Both the position numbers and the translations under genes were made by a program. The notes under the pieces are model-generated. The model was not told the origin of the DNA. It did not search any database and saw nothing but the letters and a program-made list of their open reading frames with translations. 64,000 nucleotides of DNA from the human T2T-CHM13v2.0 reference genome, Homo sapiens: assembly GCF_009914755.1 (NCBI RefSeq), contig NC_060938.1; one strand, 5' to 3'. This document shows positions 1 through 14,300 of this stretch, in pieces. How positions within the stretch are numbered: the stretch's first letter is position 1; every line of letters begins with the position of its first letter.

Positions 1-3000
1 ACGGAATGGAATGGAACGGAGGGGAGTGGATTAGAATGGAGTGGAGTAGAGTGGAATGGAGTGGAAAAGAGTGGCGTGGAATGGAATGGAGTGGAATGGA
101 ATGGAATGGACTGGCATGGAGTGGAATGGAATGGAGTGAAGTGGAATGGAGTGGAGAAAAATGGAGTGGAATGGAGTGGAGTGAAATGGAATGGGGTGGA
201 GTGGAGTTGAATGGAATGGAGTGGAGCGGAGTGGTGAGGATTGGAATGGAGTGGAGTGGAGTGGAGTTGAGTGGAGTGGAATGGAGTGGAGAGGAATAGA
301 ATTGGGTGAAATGGAAGGGAAAGGAGTGGAATGGAGTGGATTGGAGTGCAGTGGAGTGGCATGGAATGTATTTCAGTGGAATGTAATGGAATGGAAGGGT
401 GGAGTGGAATGGATTGGTGTGGGGTGAAATGGAATAGAATGGAATGAAGTGAGTTGGAATGGAATGGAGTGGAAAGGAGTGGTGTGGAGTGGAATGGTAT
501 GGAATGGAGTGGAATGGATAGGAATGTAATGGAGTGGAATAGATTGTAATGGAATGCAGTGGAGTGGAATAAATGGAGTTGAGTGAAATGAAATGGAATT
601 TAGTGGAAAGGAATGGAGTGGAATGGAGTGGAGTGTATAGGAATGGAGTGGAATGGACTGGAATGGAGTTGTATGGAGTGGTAGGGAGAGGATTCGTGTG
701 GAATGGAATGGAGTGGAATGGAATGGAGTGGAATGGATTTTAATGGAGTGTAATGGATTGGAGTGGAATGGAATGGAATGGATTGCAGAGGAATCGAATG
801 GTGTGGAGTGGAATGGACTGGAGTGCAGTGGAATTGAGAGGAATTGAACGAAATTTAGAGGAATATAGTGGAATTGAGGGAAGTGGAGTGGAATGGAATG
901 GAGTGGAGTGGAATGGTATGAAGTGTTGTGGAGTGGAATGATACGGAGTGTTGTGGAGTGGAGAGGAATGGAATGGATTGTAATGGAATGGAGTGGAATA
1001 GAGTTGAAAGGAGTGGAATGGAGTGCAGGACAGTGGAATGGAATGGAGTGGAGTGGTATGGAAGGGAGTGAGTTGGAATGAAGTGGACTGCAGTGGAATG
1101 GAGTGGATTGGAATAGAGTGAACTTAAATGGAATGGAATGGAATTTAATGGAGTGGAATGGAATGGAGTGGAGTGGTATGGAAGGGAGTGGAGTGGAATG
1201 GAGTGGACTGGAGTGGAATGGAGTGGATGGGAATACAGTGAAGTGAAATGGAATGGAATGGTTTGGAATGGAATTTAATGGAGAGGAATGGAATGGAGTG
1301 GGTGGATTGAAGTGAAGTGGAATGGAGTGGAATTCAGTGGAGTGCAGTGAAATTGAGTGGAATAGAGTAGAATGGATTGGAGTGGAATGGAATGTTGTGA
1401 AGTGTAATTGATTAGGATTTAGTCGAGTGGACCTGAATCAAATGGAGTGGAGTAGAATGGGATGTAGTGGAGTGGAGTGGAATTGAATGGAGTAGAGTGG
1501 AATGGAATGGAATGGAATGGAGTGGACTGGGATGGAATGGATTGGAGTGGAATGTAGTGGAATTGAGTGGAGTGGAGTGGATTGGAATAGAGTGGAATGG
1601 AATGAAATGCAGTAGAATGGAATAGAGTAGAGTGGAATGGAATGAAGAGGGTGGAGTAGAGTGGAGTGGAGGGGAATGTAGTGGAATTGAGTGTACTGGA
1701 GCGGAGTGGAGTGGATTGGAATGGAATGGAGTGGAGTGGAATGGAGGTGAACAGAATGGAGTGAAGTGGAATTGAGTGGAGTGGAATGGAATTGAGTGGA
1801 GTGGAGTGGAAACGTGTGGAATAGAATGATGTGAAGTGGAATGGAGAGGATTGACGAGGAATGGAGTGGAGTGGATTGAAATGGAGTGGAATGGAATGCA
1901 GTGGAGTGCACTGAAATTTAATAGAATGGAAAGGAATGGAATGAAATAGAATGGAATGGAATGGAATGGAATGGATTGGAGTGCAGTGGAAAGTAATGGA
2001 GTGAAGTAGAACTGAATGGACTGGAATGGAATGGAATGGAGTGGAAAGGAGTGGAATGGAGTGGTATGGAATGGAGTGTTGAAACATGGAGGGCAGTGGA
2101 GTGGATTGGAGTCGAATGGAGCGCAGTGGAGCAGTGTGGAGGGGAGCAGAATTGAATGGAGGAGTGGAATGAAATGGAGTGGAAAGGAATGGAGTGGAAT
2201 TGACTGCAGTGTAGTGGAATGGAGGGTAATGGAATGGAATGGAATGGAGTGGAATGGAGGAGAGTCGAGGTGAATGGAGAGGAATGGAATGGAGTGGATT
2301 GGAATGAAGTGGAAATGAACGAACGGGAGTGCAGTGTAATGGAGTGGAGAGGAATTGAATGGCTTGGACTGGAATCGAATGGAGTGGAATGGAATGTAAT
2401 TAAGTGGAATGGAGTGGAGTGGAATTGTGTGGAGTGGAGTGGAGTGGAAAGCAGTGGAATGGAATGGAGTGGAGTGGAATGGAATGGAATGGATTGGAAT
2501 TTAATGGAATGGATTGGAGTGGAGTGGAATGGAATGGAGTGCAGTGGAATGCAATGGAATGGAACGGAATGGAATGGAATGGAATGGAATGGAATGGAAA
2601 GGAATGGAGTGGAATCGAGTGGAATGGAATGGAATGGAATGAAATTGGAGTGGAGAGGAGTGGAGTAGACTAGAGTGGAATGGAATGGAGTGAAAAGGAG
2701 TGGAAGAGAGTGCATTGGATTGGAACGGAGTGGAGTGGAAAAAAATGCATTTGAATGGATTGGAATGGAATGGAGTGGAGTAGAATGGAGGGGAGTGGAA
2801 TATAATGGAGTGGGGTGGAATGGAGTGCAGTGGAATGCAATGGAGTGGAGCAGAATGGATTGGAATGGAATGTAATGGCAAGGAATGAAATGTAGTGGAG
2901 TGGAGTAGAGTGAAGTGGAGTGGAATGGAGAGGAAATTAGTGTAGTGGAATGGAATGGCATGGAGTGGCATGGAATGGAATGGAATGGAGGGGAGAGGAA

Positions 3001-6000
3001 TGAATGGAGTGGATGGAGTGGAGTGGAGTGGAATGTAGTGGAGTGGAATGCAACAGAGAGGAGTGGAGTGGAATGGGTTTTAGTGGAGTTGAGTGGTGTG
3101 GAATGCAATGGAGTGTAGTGTAGTGGCGTGGCAAAGAGTGGAGAGGTGTGGAATGAAGTGGAGGGGAGCCGAGTGGAGTGGAATGGAATGGGGTGAAATG
3201 GAATGTAATGGAGTGGAAAGCATTGGAATGGAGTGGAATGTAGTGAAATATAATGTAATGGAGTGGAATGGAATGGAACGGAATTCAGTGGAGTGGAGTA
3301 GAGTAGAATGAAGTGGAGTGGAATGGAGTGAAGTGGAATGGAATGTAGTGGAGATGAATGGAATAGAGTAGAATGGAATGGAAAGAAATGGAGCAGAGTG
3401 GAATCGAGTGGATTGGAATGGAATGGAGTGGAGTGCAACGAAGCGCAGTGGAGTGGAATGGAGTGGAGTGTAATGTAATAGAATTGAAAGGAATGGAATG
3501 GAATGGAGTGGAGTGGATTAGAGTGGAGTGGAGTAGAGTGGAATGAAGTGGAGTGGAATGGAGTGGAGTGGAATGGGGTGCAAAGGAGTGGTGTAGAATG
3601 GAAAGGAATTCAATGGAATGGAATGGAGTGTATGGAGAAGAATGAAATGTAGTGAACTGGAACAGAGTGTAGTGAAGTGGAATGCAGTGGAGTGGAATGC
3701 AGTGGAGTGGAATGGAGTGGTGTGGAATGAAAAGGAGTGGAGAGGAGTGGAATGGAGTAGAGTGGATTGGAGTGGAGTGGTATGGAATGGAATGGAATGG
3801 AGTGGAGTGGAGTGGAATGGAGTGGAGAGGTATGGAGTAGAGAGGAACAGAATGATATGAAATGGAATAGAATGGAGTGGAATAGACTGGAATGGAGTGG
3901 AGTGGGGTGCAATGGAATGGAGTGGAGTGGAATGGATTGGAATGAAGTGAAGTGCAATGGAGTGGACTGGAATGGAGTGGAGTAGAGTAGAATGGAATGG
4001 AATGGAATGGAGTGGAATAGAGTGTAACTGAATGTATGGGAGTAGAATAAAATGGAGTCGAGTGGAATGGCATGGAATGGAGTGGACTGGAAAGGAGTGG
4101 AGTGGAGTGGAATGGAATGGAGCGGTATGGAGTGCAAAAGAGGGGAGTGGTGCGGAATGGAATAGAGTGGAATTGAATGGAGACGAATGGAAAGGAGTGG
4201 AATGTAATTTTATGGGGTGGAATGGAATGGAATGGAGTGGAGAAGAATGGAAAGTAGTGGAGTGGAATGCAGTAGAGTGGAGTGGAAATGAGAGAAATTG
4301 AATGAATTGTAGTGGAATAAAGTGGAATTGAGTGAAGTGGAGATGAATGCAATGGAGTGGAGTGGAATGAAATTGAGTGGAGTGGAGTGGAATGGAATGG
4401 AATGAAGTGGAGATGAATGGAAAGTAGTGGAGTGGAATGCAATAGAGTGGAGTGGAAATGAGAGGAATTGAATTAATTGTAGTGGAATAAAGTGGAATTG
4501 ATTGTAGTGGAGATGAATGGAATGGAGTGGAGAGGAATGAAAATGAGTGGAGTGGAGTGGAGAGGAATGGAAGGGAGTGGAGATGAATGGAGTGGAATGG
4601 AGTGCAGCAGAGTGGAATGGAATGGAGTGGAGTGGTATGGAATGGAGTGGACTGTACTGGAATGTAGTGGATTGGAATTGAGTGAAGTGGAATGGAATGG
4701 AAAGGAATGGAATGGAATTTAATGGAGTGGAGGGGAATGGAGAGAAGTGTAGTGGAATGGAGTGGAGAGTAATGGAGTGGAATTCAGTGGAGTGTAGTGG
4801 AATTCAGTGGTGTGGAGTGGAATGGATTGGAGGGGAATGGAATGGTGTGGAGTGGAATGGATTGGAATTGATTCGAGTGGATTTGAATGGAATGGAGTGG
4901 AGTGGGATGGAATGGAGTGGAGTGGAGTGGAATGGAGTGTAGTGGAGAGGAATAGAGTGGAGTGGAATGGAGTGGAATTGAGTGGAGTAGAGTGAAGTGG
5001 AATGGAGTGGAGTTGAAAGGAATGGAGAGGAATGGAATGGAATGGCGTGGAATGGAGTGGAGTGGAGTGGAATGGAATGGAATGGAATGGAATAGATTGG
5101 AGTGGAGTGGAATGGAATGGAATTGAGTGGAATGGAATGGAATGGAATTTAATGGAATGGAAAGGAATGGAATGGAATGTTGTGGAAAGGATTGGAGTGG
5201 TTTGGAATGGAATGGAATGGAATGGAGTGGAATGGAATGGAATTGAGTGGAATGGAATGTAGTGGAATGGAGTGGAATGGATTGTATTGGAATGGAGTGG
5301 GGTGGAATGGAGTGGAATGGAGTGGAGTGGAGTGGAATGGAATGGAATGGGGTGGAGTGGAGTGGAGTTGAATGGAATGGAATGGAATGGATGGAGTGAA
5401 CTGGAGTGGTGTCCAGTGGACTGGAACACAGTGGAGTGGAATGAATTGGAATGGAATGGAATAGACTTGAGTGGAATTGAATGGAGTGGAATGGAATGGA
5501 ATTGAGTGGAATGGAATGGTGTTTAAAGGAATGGAATATAATGAAATGAAACGGAATGGAGTGAAATGGAATAGAGTGCAGTGGAGTACAGTGAAGTGAA
5601 GTGGAGAGAAGTGGAATCGAGTGTGGAGGAGCGGAGTGGAGTGGAGCAGAATTGAGTGGAGTGGAGTGGAATAGAATGGAGTTGAGTGGAATGGATTGGA
5701 ATTGAGTGGAGTGTGGTGGAATGATTTGGAGTGGAGTGGAATGGAGTGAAGTAGACAGGAATTTAGTGGAATGGAATGGAGTGAAGTGAAAAGGATACGA
5801 ATGTAATGGAACGGAATGGAGTCGAGAGGAGTGGAGTGGAGTGAAATGGAATGGAATGGAGTGGAGCGGAGTGGAGTGAAGTGCAGTGGCATGGAATGTA
5901 ACGGAGTGGAATAGAATGGAATGGAATGGAGTGGAATGGAATGGAAAGGAATGAAGTGGATAGGAATGGAATGGAATGGAATGGAATAGAATGGAATGGA

Positions 6001-9000
6001 GTTGCATGGAATAGACTGGAATGGAGTGGAAGGAATCGAGTGGTGTGGAATGGATTAAAATGGAATGGAATAGATTGAAGAGGACTGCAGTGGAGTGGAC
6101 TGGGATGGAATGGAGTGGAGTGGAGTGAAGTGTAGTGGCGTGGAATGGGATGGAGTGGAATACAGTGGAATGGAGTGGAATGGAATGGAATGGCTTGGAT
6201 ACGAATGGAATGGAGTAGCATGGAATATATTGGAATGGAGTGGAAAGGAATGGAGTGGATAGAAATGGAATGGAATGGAATAGAAAGGAATGGAGTGGCA
6301 TGGAATAGATTAGAAAGGAGTGGAAGGAATTGAGTGGTGTGGAATGGAATAAAATGGAATGGAATAGAATGGAGAGGATTGGAGTGGAGTGGAATGGAAT
6401 GGAATGGAGTGGAGTGGGGTGAAGTGTAGTGGCGTGGAATGGGATGGAGTGGAATGCAGTGGAATGGAGTGGAATGGAATGGAATGGCATGGATACGAAT
6501 GGAATGGAGTGGAGAAGAATGGAAGGGAAAGGCATGGAATACATTGGAATGGAGAGGAAAGGAATGGAGTGGTGTAGAATGGAATGGAATGGAAAGGAGT
6601 GGAGTGGAGTGGAATGGAATGGAATGGAATGGAGTAGAATAGTGTGGAATGGGGTGGAGGAAAAAGAATTGGAATGGAGTGGAATGGAAAGGATTGGAAC
6701 GAAATGGAATGGAATGGAGTAAAGTGGAGTGGTATGGAGCAGAGTAGAGTGGAATGGAATGGAGAGTATTGGAAAGGAATGGAATGGAATGGAGGTTAAT
6801 GGAATGGAATTTAATTGAATTGAATGGAATGGAGGGAACTGGAATGGAGTGGTGTGGATTGTAGTGGAATGGAATGGAGTGGAATGGAATGGATTGGAAA
6901 GGAATGGAGTGGAGTAGAATGCAACGGAGTGGAGTGGAAGGGAAAGGAGTAGAGTGCAATAGAATGGAATGGAATGGAACGGAGTGGAGTGAAGTGGAGT
7001 GGAGTGTAAAGAAATGGAATAGAGTAGAGCGGATTTTACTGGAGTGGAATGGAATGGAATGGAGTGGAGTGGAATGGAGTGGACTGGATCAGAATGGAAA
7101 GGAAATTAATGGAAAGGAATGGAGAGAAGTGGAGTAGAGTGGAGTGGAATGCAATGGAAAGGAGTTGAGTGGAGTGGAGTGGAATGGAAATTATTGGAGT
7201 GGAATGGAATGCAGTGGAGTTGAATGGAATGGAGTGGAGTGGAATGGACTGGGATGGAGTGGTATGGATTGGAATGGCATGCAATGGAATGCAAAGGAGT
7301 GGAGTGGAGTTGAATGGATTGGAGAGGAATGGAGTGGAGGAGAATGGAGTGCAGTGGAGTGTATTGGAATGGAATGGAGTGCAATGGAATGGACTGGAGT
7401 GGAGTGGATTGGAGAGGAGTGGAGTGAAATGGAGTGTAGTGGAATGGAATGAAATGGAGTGGAGAGTAATGGAATGGAGTGGAGTGGAATGCAATGGAGT
7501 GGAGTGGACTACAATAGAATCAAATGGAATGGAATGGAAAGGAATGGACTGGAATGGAATGGAATGGAGTGCAGTGGAGTGGAATGGAATGGAAAGGAGT
7601 GGATTTGAGTGGAAGGGAATGGAATGGAATGGAGTAGAACAGAGTGGAATGCAGTGGAATGGAATGAATTGGAGTGGACTGGAATGCAATGGATTGGAAT
7701 GAAATGGAATGGAATGGAGTGGAGTGGAGTGGTATGGAGTGGAGTAGAGTGGAACGGAAAGGAGAGCATTGGAATGGAATGGAATGGAATGTAGGGTAAT
7801 GGAATGAAATTTAATTGAATGGAACGGAATGGAGTGAAGTGGCCAGGAGTGGTGTGGAGTAGAGTGGAATAGAATGTAGTGGAATGGAATGGAATGGAAT
7901 GGAATGGAATGCAGTGGAAAGAAATGGAGTGGAGTGGAATGGAAAGGAGTGGATTGAAATAGATTGGAATGGAGTTGAGTGGAGTGGATTGAAGTGGAGT
8001 CGAGTGTAAAGGAATTGATTAGAGAGGAGTGGAATTGACTGGATTGGAATCGAATGGAGTGGAAAGGAACGAAATGGGGTTGAGTAGAATGGAGTGGAGT
8101 TGAATGGAGTGCAGTGGAGTGGAAAAGAATGGAATGGAATGCAATGGAATGGATTATAGTGGAGTGGAGTGGAGAGGAGTGGAGTGGAGTGAAGGAGAGT
8201 GGAGTGGAACGGAATGAATTGGAATGGAATAAAGTGGAGAGGAGAGGAATGGAATGGAGTGGAGTGGAATGCAAGGGAGTGGAGTGGAGTGCAAGCTAAT
8301 GGAATGGAAGGGAAGGGAAGGGAATGGAATGGAATTGAATGGAGTGGAGCAGAACGGAATGAAATGGAAGGGAGTAGAATGGAATGGAGTGGACTGAAAT
8401 GGAGAGGAGTGGAGGGGAAGGGAATGGAGTAGAATGGAATGGAATAGAATGGAATGGAATGGAGTGGAGTGGACTGGAATGGAATGGAGTGGAGTGGAGT
8501 GGAATGGAAGAGAATACAATGGAATGGAATGGAGTGAAATGGAGGGGAATGGATGGAGTGGAGTGGAATGGAATGGAATGGAGTGGAGTGGAGTGGAATG
8601 GAATGGACTGGAATGGAATGGAATGGAGTGAAGGACAGTGGATTCGTGTGGAGTGGAGGGTAATGGAATGGGTTGTAATGGAATGGAGAGGAATGGAATG
8701 GAGTGGAGTGGAAAGGAATGCAGTGGAGTTATATGGACTTGAGTGGAGTTCAAGAAAGTGGAATGGAGTGGAATGGAGTGGAGTGGATTGCAATAAAGTG
8801 GATTGGAATGGATTGGAGTGGAGTTGAGTGGAAAGGAATAGACTGGAGTGGAATGAAATGCAGTGTAATGGGAACGAAAGAATTGGAGACGAGTGGAATG
8901 GACTGGAATGGACTGGAATCGAATGGAATGGAATGAAAAGGAATGGAAAGGAATGGAATGAAACGGAATGAAATTGAATGGAGTGGAATGGAATGGAGTG

Positions 9001-11104
9001 GAGAGGAATGGAATGGAGTGGAGTGCAATAAAATGGAATTGAGTGGAATGGAGTAGAAAGGAGTGGAGTGGAACGTAGTCGAGTTTAGTGGAATGGAATG
9101 GAGTCGAATGGAATAGAATGAAATGGAGTGGAATGGAAAGGAATGGAAAGGAGTGGAATGGAATGGATTAGAGATGAGTGGAGTGGAGTGGAATGGAGTG
9201 GAGTGGAATGAAATGGAATGGAGCGTAATGGTGTGAAATGTAGTGGAGTGAAGTGGAATGGAATGGAGCAGAGTGGAATGGAATGGAATGGAAAGGAGTG
9301 CAATGGAATGGAATGGAATGGAATGGAATGGAGTGTATTGGAGTGGAGTGGTGTGGAATGAAGGGGAATGGAAGGGGTGGAATGGAATGGAATGGAATGG
9401 AAAGGAATGGAGTGGAATGGAATGGAGTGAATTGGAATGGAATGGAGTTGAGTGGAATGGAATGGAATTAAATGGAGTGGAATAGAATGGAGTGGAGTGC
9501 AATGGAGTGGAGTAGAATGCAGTGGACTACAGTGGAATAGAAAGGAGAGCAGTGCAATGGAATGGAGTGGAGAGGTGTGGAGTGGAGTGGAATGGAATGG
9601 AGTGGAGTGAAATGGAGTTGAGTGGAATGGAGTGGAGCGGAATGGAATGGAGTGGAGTGGAGTGGAATGGAGAGGAGTAGAGTGGAGTGGAATGTAAAGG
9701 AATTAAATAGAATGGAGTGGAGAGGAGTGGAGTGGAGTGGAATGGAAGGGAATGGAGCGTAGTGGATTGATGTGGAGTGTCGTGGAATGGAAAACACTGG
9801 AATGGAGTGGAAAGGAGAGTAATGGAATGGAGTGGAGTGGAATGGAGTAGAATGGAATGGAGTGAAATGGAGTGGAGTGAGTTTGAATGTCGTGGAGTGG
9901 AATGGAATGGAGTGAAATGGAATGGACTGGATCGGAATGGAATGGTATGCAGTGGAATGGAATGGAATGGAATGGAATGGAATGGATTGGAATGGAATGG
10001 AATAAAATGGAATGGAATGGAGTGGATTGGAAAGGAATGAAATGGAGTGGAAGGGAGTGAAATGGAGTGGAAAGGAATGGAATGGAGTGGAGTGGAATGG
10101 AATTGGGTGGAGCTGAATGGAATGCAGTGCAGTGGAATGGAATGGAGTGGCATGGAATGGATTGGAATGGAGTGGAAAGTAATGGATTGATGTGGAACGG
10201 AATGGAATGGAATGAAATGCAATTGAGTGCAGTGGAGTTGAATGGAATCGAATGTAATTGAGTATAATAGAGTGGAATGGAGTGGAGTGGAATGGAATGA
10301 ATTGGAATGAAATAGAGTGGACAGGATTGGAGTGGAGTGGAATTGAGTTGAGTGGACTAGAATGGAGTTGTGTGGAATGGAATGGAATCGAATGGAATGC
10401 AATAGAATTTAAAGCAGTGGAGTGGAATGGAGTGTAGTGGAATGGAATGGAGTGAAGTGGAGTAGAATGGGGTTGACTGGAGTGGATTGGAATGGAGTGG
10501 AATATAACGGAATGGAGAGGAGTGGATTGGAATGGAGTGGAATGGAGTGGATTGCAGTGAATTGGAGTGGAGTGGAGTGGAGGGGAGTGGCCTGGAGTGG
10601 AATGGAATGGAGTAGAATGGAATGCAATGGAGTGGAATGGTGTGGAGTGTAGTGGAATGCAAAGGAGTTGAGTGGTGTGGAATGAAATGGAATGGATTGG
10701 AATGGAATGGAATGGAATCGAATGGAATGGAGTGAAATGGAACGGAATGCATTAGAAAGGAGTGGAGTGGAACAGAATGTATTGGAGTGGAATGAATTGG
10801 AGTGGAGTGGAATGGAATGGACTAGAATGGAGTTGAGTGGAATGGAATGGAATGGAAAGGAATGGAATGGAAATGAATGGAGTGGAGTGGAATGGAATGA
10901 AGTGGAGTAGAATGGAATGAAGTGGAGTGGAATGGAATGGAATGGAGTGAAATGGAGAGAAGTGGAATGGAATGGATTAGAGGGGAGTGGGGTTGAATAT
11001 AATTAAGTGCAGAGGAATAGAATGCAATGGAGTGAAATGGAGAGAAGTAGAGTGGAATGGATTGGAGTGTAGTGGAATGGCAAGGAGTAGAATTGCATGC
11101 AATT

Positions 11105-11365
11105 CTTATATTACCTTCCAATCCATTCCACTCCATTCCATTCCACTCCACTCAATTCCAATACACTCCACTCCCCTCCACTCAATTCCACTTCACTCCA
11201 CTCCATTCCATTCCATTGCACTCCATTCCATTCCAATCCACTCCACTCCACTCCATACTATTCCACTCAACTCCACTCCATTTCATTCCACTACATTCCA
11301 TTCCATTCCACTCTACTCCATTTCATTCCATCCCATTCAACTCCATTCCATTCCACAAAACTCCA
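11105..11365 (-). repeat. Inverted satellite block, (ATTCC/ACTCC)n on +; reverse-complement copy of 12357-12612
   Basis: Strand polarity switches at about 11098-11105 and back at 11366. The reverse complement shares rare variants (TTTYGTGG, TAGTAYGG, GTGTATTGGAATTGAG, TATAAG) in order with 12357-12612. ORFs 10987..11409(+) and 11323..13161(-) share the same peptide segment. Confidence 0.93.
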
Positions 11366-14300
11366 GTAGAATGGAATGGAATGGGGTAAAATGGAGTGGA
11401 GTGGACTAGAGTGGAATGGAATGGAGTGGAGTGGAGTGGAATAGAATGCAGTGGAATGGCATGGAATGCAATGTCGTTTAATAGAGTGGAGTGGAGTGGA
11501 ATGGAATGGAATGGAGTGGAATGCAATGGATTGGAATGGAATGGAATGGAATGCAGTGGAGTGGTGTGGAGTGGAGTGGAATAGATTGCAGTGGAATGGA
11601 ATGGAATGGAATGGAATGGAATTGAGTGGAATGGAATGGAATGGAAAGGATTGGAGTGGAAAGGAGTGGAATTGAGAGGATTGGAGTGTAATGGAGTGTA
11701 GTGTAGTGGGATGGTGTGGAATGGAATGGAATGGAGTGGATTGGAGTAGAATGGAGTGGACTGCAGTGGAGTGGAGTGGAATATAATAGTATGGAGTGGA
11801 GTGGTATGGAATGGAGTGGAGTGGAATGTAATGGAGTCGAGTGGAGTGGGATGGAATGGAATGGAGTGGAATGGAATGAAGTGAAGTGTAATGGAGTGCT
11901 GTGGAGTGGAGTGCAATGAAATGGGTTGGAACGGAATGGAATGGAGAGAAGTGGAATGGAATGCAGTGGAGTGGAATGGATTTGAGTGGAATGCAAGTGA
12001 GTGGAATGGATTGGAATGGAGTAGAGTGGAGTGGAATGGAGTGGATTGTTGTGGAATGGAGTGGAGTGGAGTGGAGGGGAGTGGAAAGGAATAGACTGTA
12101 GTGGAAAGGAATGGAGTGGAATGGGAAGGAATGAAATTGAGAGCAGTGGAATGGAATGGAATCGAATGGAATGGCATGCAAAGGAATGGAATGGAATGGA
12201 ATGGAATGGAATGGAATGGAATGGTATGGAATGCAATGGAGTGGAATGGAATGGAGTGGAGTGGAATGGGATGGAGTGGAGAAGATTGGAATGGAGTGGA
12301 GTGCAAAACAGTGGAATGGAGTGGAATGGAGTAATAAGGAGTGGAGGGGAATGGAGTCGAGTTTCGTGGAATGGAATGGAGTTGAATGGAATGGAAGGAA
12401 ATGGAGTAGAGTGGAATGGAATGGAATGGAGTGGAATGGAATGAAGTGGAGTTGAGTGGAATAGTACGGAATGGAGTGGAATGGATTGGAATGGAATGGA
12501 GTGCAATGGAATGGAATGGAGTGGAGTCAAGTGGAATTGAGTGGAAGGGAGTGGAGTGTATTGGAATTGAGTGGAGTGGAATGGAGTGGAATGGATTGGA
12601 AGGGAGTATAAGGGAGTGGAATGGAGTGGAATGGAATGGAATGGAATGGAATGGAGTGGAAAGGAATAGAATGGAATGGAATAGAGTGGAGTGGAGGGGG
12701 GTGGAGTGGAAAGGAATGGAATGGAATGGAAATGAATGGAATGGGGTCGAGTGGAATGGAATCGAAAGGAGTGGAGTGGAATGGAATTGAATGGAGAGGA
12801 ATGGAATGGAATGGGATGGAATGGAATTTAATAAAATGGAATGGAATGGAACGGAATGGAGTGGATTTGAGTGGAGAGCAGTGGAGTGGAATGTAATGGA
12901 ATTGAATGTAGAGGAATGGAATGGGGTGGAGTGGAATGGAATCGAAAGCAGGGGAGTGGAATGGAATGGAACAGAATGGAATGAAATGGAATGGAATGGA
13001 GTGGAATGGAACGGAATAGAGTGGAGTGGTGTGGATTGGAGTGGAATGGAATGGAGAGGAGAGGAATAGAATGGAATTCTGTGGAATGGAGAGGAGTGGA
13101 GAGGAATGGAATGGAGTGAATTGGAATGGAGTGGATTGGAAAGGAATCGCATAGAATACAATGGATTTGAGTGGGATGGAGTAGTATGAAGAGGAATTGA
13201 GGGGAATGGAGTGGAATGGAATGGAGTGGAATGGAGTAGAGTGGAATGGAATGGAGTAGAATGGAATGGAATGGAGTGGAGTGGAGTGGAATGGAATGTA
13301 TTGGAAAGGAATGCAATGCAATGAAGTGGATTGGAATGGGGTAGAGTGGAATGGAGTTTAGTGGAGTGGATTGGAATGGAGTGGAACGGAATGGAATCGA
13401 GTGGAATGGAATGGAATGGAAAGGAGTGGAGTGGAATGAAGTGTACTAGTGTGGAAAGGAGTGCAGTGGAATGGAAAGTAGTGGAGTGGAGTAGAATGGG
13501 GTGTACTGGAGTGGAGAGGAGTGGAATATAATGGAATGGAGTGGAGTGGAGTATAGTGGAGTGGAGTGGAATGGAGTGGAGTGGAATGAAACGGAATCGA
13601 GTGGAATGGGGTGAAATGGAGTGTAGTCAATTGGAATGGAATGGAGCAGAGTGGAATGGAATGGAATGGAGTGGAGTGTAATGTAATGTAATGTAATGGA
13701 ATGGAATGTATTGGAGTGGAGAGGATTGGAGTGGAGGGGAATGGAATGGGGTGGAATGGAATGGCACGGAATTGAATGGAATGAAATGGCGTGGAATGGA
13801 GTGGAGTGGAGTGGAATGGAATAGAGTTAAGTGTAATGGAATGGAGTTAAGTGTAATGGAATGGAGTTTAGTGGAATGGAATGGAGTGGAATTTAGTGGA
13901 GGGGAGTGCAATGGAGTGGAGCGTATTGCAGTGGACTGGAGTGGAATAGAATGGAATGGAGTGCAATGGAATGGAGTGGAGTGGTGTGGAGTGGATTGGA
14001 GTGGAGTGAGATGGATTTGAGTGGAATGGAGTGGAGTGGAATGGAATGCAGTAGAGTGGAGTGGAGTGAAATGGAGAGGAGTAGAGTGGAGTGGAATGGA
14101 ATGGAATTGAATAGAATAGAGTGGAGAGGAGTGGAGTTTAGTGGAGTAGAATGGAAGGGAATGGAGTGTGATGGATTGATGTGGAGTGCCGTGGAATGGA
14201 ATATAGTGGAATGGAGTGGAATGGAGAGTATTGGAATGGAGTGGAGTGGAATGGAGTAGAATGGAATGGAGTGAAATGGAGTGGAGTGTGTTTGAATGTA

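Noticed and set aside
1405-1421. TAATTGATTAGGATTTA resembling a DUX4 site
   Set aside because: It does not fit TGATTRRRTTA spacing, and it is a single degenerate patch.
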